A stretch of DNA of 63,980 bases, the filler included. It is 7 parts of 7 records of this genome, joined end to end, with 100 filler letters (N's around TTAATTAATTAA, not from the genome) between each part and the next. Parts side by side here need not be neighbours in the genome. Positions count along the whole stretch, not along the records: positions 58,913 to 63,980 come from SRR31156797_18162; 6 more parts are not named here. One strand, written 5' to 3'. The notes beneath the pieces were generated by a model. That model was given only the letters and a program-made list of their open reading frames with translations, was not told the DNA's origin and searched no databases. Shown here piece by piece: positions 58,813 to 63,980 of the stretch. Made by a program: the position numbers and the translations under genes. Numbering within the stretch: the first letter of the stretch is position 1; every line of letters begins with the position of its first letter.

Positions 58813-59178
58813 NNNNNNNNNNNNNNNNNNNNNNNNNNNNNNNNNNNNNNNNNNNNTTAATTAATTAANNNNNNNNNNNNNNNNNNNNNNNNNNNNNNNN
58901 NNNNNNNNNNNNTTAATGAAATGACTTGTTTTGAAGCAGTTTTAATATGTAATAGACTTTTTAATGCGCATTCCGAGTTTAAACACATTTCTGGCATTTA
59001 ATCATAATAATTCCACGAATACCCCACTCGCCTAAAACACTAACAAACATGCACTAACACGACTAAAAACAAATTTCATATTCTGCAATTTCATAGTATA
59101 AATTCGTCAATTTCTTTATCATCCAATTATATCTATATTATTATAGTTATTTTTGAGAGTTATATATCTAAATTGTCT

Positions 59179-62100
59179 ATGAAAATTAATAAGTATTTGT
59201 TTTTGTTTTTACTGATAAATATGGTAAATCTGTTTTCAGTTAAAGCATACAATATTAAAAAGCTGGGACTGGAAAGTGGGTTATCAAACAACAATGTTAT
59301 TAGTATCACACAAGATAACGATGGCTTTATATGGATTGCAACTAAAGATGGTTTAAACAGGTTTGACAGTAACACATTTGAAGTATTTAAAAACTCTGAA
59401 TCAGAATTAAATTCAATATCTAGTAATGTTTTAAATTGTGTTTATGCCGATAAACACGATGATATTGTTTGGATTGCCACCGAAAAAAATGGAATTGATG
59501 CCTACAACTACAAAACGAAAGTATTTACACACTACGAGCACACACCTAAAGACAGGAATAGCCTAATTGCAAACGGCGTAACAGATATCCAATCTGATAG
59601 TTCTGGCAACTTGTGGTTGGCCACCTATATGAGAGGAATTGATTATTTCAATAAAAAAACAAGACAATTTACTCATTACAACCAATCGAATGTACAAGGA
59701 TTAGGCTCTGATTACAATTGGTGCATTTTACCAGATAACGATGGTAAATTATATGTTGGCCATGTAAATGCAGGATTAAGTATAATTGATTTAGAAAGCA
59801 AAACAGCCATAAACCTGCACTGGGAACCAAACAATCCTAATTGCATTCCTAATAATACAGTAACCAGTTTATTTAAAGATTCAAAAGGGAATATCTGGGT
59901 AGGTTCAAGAGGTGGACTCTCGTTGTTTAATCCAGAAACTAATTCGTTTACAAACTTTAGTCACGAAGCACAGAATCCAAACTCATTATCTAGCAACAAT
60001 GTAGAAAGCATTATCGAAACACAGAAATCAGAAATTTGGTTTGGAACTGAAGGTGGAGGTATAAACATCCTGAATCTGGATGATTTATCTTCAAATATTT
60101 CACAAGCAACAATAAAATTCAAACATTTATATTCCGGTGATTTACCTTCTAGTATTTCATCCAGCTCTGTACAAACACTGCTTCAAGATAGTTTTGGAAA
60201 CATTTGGTTGGGAGGTTATATCGGAGGTGTTAATTTTATATCCAACCAAGAATCTTTTTTTAATAAAATCGATTACCTCCCACTTACTTCAAATAAGAAT
60301 ACACTTTTAGATAAGGTTGTTCCAGATATTAGTTGTGACGAGAATAACAATATTTGGGTGGCAAATAGCACTGGTGGAATTTCTCAATACAACAAAGGCA
60401 CCAAAATAAAAGATTACAATTATATTTTAGGTGAAAAATATAATGCAGCAGCAATTTTTTATACCGATAGAAACAATATATGGGTGGGCACACAGGATGG
60501 TAAAATCTTTCGCTTTAATCCCATTACCGAAAAATTTACGCACCTTAATTTAATCAATGAAATTTCAGGAATCGCCATTTATAAGCTATTTAAGGATTCT
60601 AACAATCATTTATGGGCATGCACCGATGTTGGCTTGTTTTCAATTGACTTAAACACCATGAATTATGCATATTACAACACTTCTAATTCAGCACTAACCG
60701 ATGATAATATCAGATGTATTACTGAGAGCAAGAATGGCCAGCTTTGGGTAGGCAGTTTAGGCGGAGGACTTTTTGTTTTCGACAGTAATTTTAACTTGCT
60801 GTATAATTACGGTAAATACTATGATTTTTACAGTGTCAATCAAATTTATGTAGATAAGCGCAATCGGGTTTGGGTTGGTTCTCAAAATGATTTGTTTATG
60901 TTTCAAGGTGAGCAAGATTCTGTGCTTAGAATTGGTAAAGATTACGGATTAACTGAAAATACCATTTTAGCTATTACGGAAGGCCAAAGTCCGAACGAAA
61001 TATGGGTTAGTACCATTAACGGGATAAGCTTTATCAACCTAAATTCTAAACACGTTAGCAACTACAGCATTTACGATAACATCTCAAAAGGACATTACAT
61101 GAATGGTTCTGTGGTAAAAACAGATGATGGCACCATATACTTTGGGTCTCAGGATGGAATCACTTACTTCAATGAACAACCGGCTCAAATTAATCTTACT
61201 GTACCTAAAGTAACCATAACACAGTTTTCAGTTTCAAATACAGAAAATGAAAATCTGAGTGAATTTGTACATATTCCTTTTGACGCCATTATGGACCTCA
61301 AGTATGTTAACAATTCCTTTCAAATTAATTTTAATACTTTAAATTATGCACTGGCCGATAAGGTTGAATTTATGTTTCAAATGTCGGAGCTTGATGAAAA
61401 CTGGTATTTCTTAGGAAAAGAAAAACAAGTCACCTTTAGAAACCTAAAACCCGACAATTATACTTTTAAATTAAAAGCACGCATTCACAATAAGGATTGG
61501 TCCAATGAAGTAACCTCCATGTACATTAATATTCTTCCTCCTATTTGGTTAAGATGGTGGGCTAAGGTTATTTATATCGTTCTTTTGTTTTGCATGGGCT
61601 ATTACATACTCATATTTTATAAAAAGAAATTACAAATTGAAAACCAGCTTATTCTCGAAAAGAAATCGCACCAGCAAGAGTTACAGCTTAATGAAGATAA
61701 GATTAAGTTTTTTACCAATATTACCCATGAACTGAGATCCCCAATGACATTGATTCTTGGGCCTCTGGAAGACTTAATAATAGACAAAAGCCTATCTCCG
61801 GAACATGTAAAAAAAATAAACAATATACACCGAGTAGCCAATCGTTTACTCCAGTTAATAAACCAAATTTTAGAGTTTAGAAAGTCTGAAACACAGAGTA
61901 GAAAGCTGACTGTTTTAAAGGAGGATTTTGCGAAATTCTTTTATGAAACAGGAGTTAAATATAAGGAACTAAACAGTAATAAAAACATCGAGTTTGAAGT
62001 CTCCATTCCCGAAAAAGAAGTGGAAATGTATTACGATCCAGAGGTTGTGAGTATTATTTTGGATAACCTTATTTCTAACGCTATTAAATACACGCCAAAG

Positions 62101-63228
62101 GGAAAAATAAATCTTACTTTAAGTCAAACTAACGATCAGAACTTACCATATGCAGAAATAACAATTGAGGATACTGGTTTTGGAATTGCAAAAGAAGACC
62201 TACCCTATATTTTCGATCGTTACTTTCAAGCAAAAAACACCTCATATCAAGTATCCGGAACCGGTATTGGATTAGATTTGGTTAAAAAGATGATTGATTT
62301 ACACGAAGCCGAAATAGAAGTAAGCAGTGAACTTGGTGAAGGAACTTGTTTTACTTTGAAGTTTTTAATCAACAACTCATATCCGGAAGCTAAACATTTT
62401 GAAATAGAAGATATACCAGAAGAAACAGCTGACGACGATAAAAACGTAATATTAATTGTTGAAGATAACGCTGATATTGCCGAATATATTGAAGAATGCC
62501 TTTCGGAAGATTATAACATCATACATGCAGAAAACGGTAAAGTAGGTTTTGAAAAATCCTGCGAAACTGTTCCTGATATCATTGTTAGCGATGTAATGAT
62601 GCCAGTAATGGATGGAATTGAAATGTGTAAAGAACTTAAAAAAGATGTTCGTACTTGTCACATTCCAGTTGTACTTTTAACAGCAAAAGATTCCTTAAAA
62701 GATAAAAGTGAGGGATACGAAGCAGGAGCTGATTCCTATCTTACAAAACCTTTTAGTGGCACTTTATTACGCAGCAGGATTAAGAATATTTTTGAAACCA
62801 GAAGGAAATTATCAGAAAATAATGTTTCTAAAATAAGTACAACAAAACAACCTGAATTACCTTCTGAATCAAAAGCCAGCAACGAGTTAGATCAGGATTT
62901 CTTTGATAAACTTAATTCGGTTATCTATGAAAAACTGGAAGATGAACAAATAAGTATTGCTGAAATCGCTTCATTGATGCATATGAGCCACTCCACGCTA
63001 TACAGAAAGGTAAAAGCACTCACTAACATTACGGTTAATGAATACATCAGAAAAATAAAAATGAATGAAGCAGTCAAACTCCTTGAAACCACACAATTTA
63101 ACATTAGCGAAATAATGTACAAAGTTGGTATTAATAGCAGTGGCTATTTCAGACAGTGTTTTAAAAAGGAATTTGGTATGAATCCGAGTGAATATTTACA
63201 GCAGGTAAAAAATAAAAGCTCAGAATAA
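59179..63228 (+). CDS. Hybrid two-component system sensor/regulator (Reg_prop-YYY-HisKA-HATPase-REC-AraC)
   Basis: Propeller repeats, Y_Y_Y domain, TM helix, THELRSP, NLISNAIKY, SDVMMP and AraC HTH (YFRQCFKKEFG). Confidence 0.95.
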   Translation: MKINKYLFLFLLINMVNLFSVKAYNIKKLGLESGLSNNNVISITQDNDGFIWIATKDGLNRFDSNTFEVFKNSESELNSISSNVLNCVYADKHDDIVWIATEKNGIDAYNYKTKVFTHYEHTPKDRNSLIANGVTDIQSDSSGNLWLATYMRGIDYFNKKTRQFTHYNQSNVQGLGSDYNWCILPDNDGKLYVGHVNAGLSIIDLESKTAINLHWEPNNPNCIPNNTVTSLFKDSKGNIWVGSRGGLSLFNPETNSFTNFSHEAQNPNSLSSNNVESIIETQKSEIWFGTEGGGINILNLDDLSSNISQATIKFKHLYSGDLPSSISSSSVQTLLQDSFGNIWLGGYIGGVNFISNQESFFNKIDYLPLTSNKNTLLDKVVPDISCDENNNIWVANSTGGISQYNKGTKIKDYNYILGEKYNAAAIFYTDRNNIWVGTQDGKIFRFNPITEKFTHLNLINEISGIAIYKLFKDSNNHLWACTDVGLFSIDLNTMNYAYYNTSNSALTDDNIRCITESKNGQLWVGSLGGGLFVFDSNFNLLYNYGKYYDFYSVNQIYVDKRNRVWVGSQNDLFMFQGEQDSVLRIGKDYGLTENTILAITEGQSPNEIWVSTINGISFINLNSKHVSNYSIYDNISKGHYMNGSVVKTDDGTIYFGSQDGITYFNEQPAQINLTVPKVTITQFSVSNTENENLSEFVHIPFDAIMDLKYVNNSFQINFNTLNYALADKVEFMFQMSELDENWYFLGKEKQVTFRNLKPDNYTFKLKARIHNKDWSNEVTSMYINILPPIWLRWWAKVIYIVLLFCMGYYILIFYKKKLQIENQLILEKKSHQQELQLNEDKIKFFTNITHELRSPMTLILGPLEDLIIDKSLSPEHVKKINNIHRVANRLLQLINQILEFRKSETQSRKLTVLKEDFAKFFYETGVKYKELNSNKNIEFEVSIPEKEVEMYYDPEVVSIILDNLISNAIKYTPKGKINLTLSQTNDQNLPYAEITIEDTGFGIAKEDLPYIFDRYFQAKNTSYQVSGTGIGLDLVKKMIDLHEAEIEVSSELGEGTCFTLKFLINNSYPEAKHFEIEDIPEETADDDKNVILIVEDNADIAEYIEECLSEDYNIIHAENGKVGFEKSCETVPDIIVSDVMMPVMDGIEMCKELKKDVRTCHIPVVLLTAKDSLKDKSEGYEAGADSYLTKPFSGTLLRSRIKNIFETRRKLSENNVSKISTTKQPELPSESKASNELDQDFFDKLNSVIYEKLEDEQISIAEIASLMHMSHSTLYRKVKALTNITVNEYIRKIKMNEAVKLLETTQFNISEIMYKVGINSSGYFRQCFKKEFGMNPSEYLQQVKNKSSE

Positions 63229-63253
63229 GATTCTTATTCATAAATGAACATTT

Positions 63254-63285
63254 AAAGACTGGCTATTGACGTCAGTCTTTTTTTT
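63254..63285 (+). terminator. Intrinsic terminator
   Basis: AAAGACTGGC...GTCAGTCTTT stem followed by a T-run. Confidence 0.75.
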
Positions 63286-63488
63286 ATCCATTGTGATATG
63301 CAAGCTATGGCCTAATAGTAAAATACCCATTCGATGCTCTTTTAGATCAATAACCAAAACCGGAACTACAGTTTTCACCCCCCATCAAAATATCTCTTTA
63401 TAAAAAACATGCGTCTTGTTTAGTAAAAATATTCTAATAACAACAAAACATGCTATCGCGTATGTAAAGTAATATATAATGGGTTAAT

Positions 63489-63511
63489 AAAAAAGGGGCC
63501 ATATAGGCCCC
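63489..63511 (-). terminator. Intrinsic terminator
   Basis: GGGGCC-ATATA-GGCCCC stem with T6 on the minus strand. Confidence 0.7.
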
Positions 63512-63537
63512 TCAATTATTCATAAATAATATGTTAC

Positions 63538-63980
63538 TTATTTTTTAATAACTTTAAATAGTTTAGTAACACCATCAGTATTTACCTTAACGATATACAT
63601 TCCGGCTTGATCTAAACTGAAAGTTTCAATTGATGAGTTGGTTTCAAATTGCTTAACCACTCTACCTGTAAGCGCATAAACAGTTACAACTGTTGATGCA
63701 CCCTCTGAAGCTACAGTAAAATCAGCATCACTAACAGTTGGATAAACTTTTACAGTTACATCCTTCACTTCATCTACTGCTGTTACAACATCATAATTAA
63801 TGGTATATGTATTTGTATTTCCATCAACTGCAGTTACAAGAATAGTAGTTTGTCCCGGTATAGTTGTCGCTGTTGAAGTAATTATAACTGAAGCTCCATC
63901 TGCTTTGGCCGTTGGAATAACTTCTGTAGGTAATTCATCTACTTCAACATTATACTCTAACACAGCTCCATTAAATCCTT
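63538..63980 (-). CDS. C-terminal fragment of a T9SS-secreted protein (cadherin-like domain + CTD)
   Basis: VTAVDG...TY.I Ig-like repeat; VYPT...GMYIVKV...KVIKK C-terminal domain; runs off the window. Confidence 0.8.
   Translation of the reverse strand, partial: GFNGAVLEYNVEVDELPTEVIPTAKADGASVIITSTATTIPGQTTILVTAVDGNTNTYTINYDVVTAVDEVKDVTVKVYPTVSDADFTVASEGASTVVTVYALTGRVVKQFETNSSIETFSLDQAGMYIVKVNTDGVTKLFKVIKK

Noticed and set aside
7745-58912. Recurrent TTAATTAATTAA flanked by N runs as a biological repeat; cross-contig gene neighbourhoods
   Set aside because: Identical 100-bp artificial spacers; the flanking sequences are separate contigs, several clearly from different phyla.

Overview
The window is an artificial concatenation of seven unrelated contigs joined by N44-TTAATTAATTAA-N44 spacers, so gene context is meaningful only within a contig. 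Taxonomic calls are inferred from base composition and protein character. (1) 1-7744, Arcobacter-like: dapC, murC, nhaA, dprA, ilvC end. (2) 7845-13806, Desulfovibrionaceae-like: tRNA-Leu, stand-alone YcaO, TesA, split RdgC pair, PilZ, a 47-aa ORF missed by the track, rfbA. (3) 13907-20407, Bacteroidota: metal permease, M28 peptidase, VPS10/BNR hydrolase. (4) 20508-26543, Bacteroidota: exosortase, deacetylase, FemAB, CapD and YjbH surface locus. (5) 26644-51387, Bacteroidota accessory region: MITE, AbiE toxin-antitoxin, candidate peptidoglycan toxin with immunity gene, Tet-RPP-like GTPase, IS110 element, GxxExxY gene. (6) 51488-58812, GC-rich, Spirochaetales-like: two sugar ABC operons, a DUF4143 ATPase and a missed 47-aa ORF. 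(7) 58913-63980, Bacteroidota: hybrid two-component system. The highlight is 48985-51387. A GxxExxY (PD-(D/E)XK-like) gene is flanked by four copies of a periodic AACCATTAAG...TAATGGTT palindrome. One copy is split precisely by an IS1111-type IS110 element, whose right end folds into two parallel internal loops carrying matches to the target (CATTAAGA) and to the donor junction (ATAGAAG), a candidate bridge/seek RNA. Two other copies carry a nested second repeat near the equivalent position.
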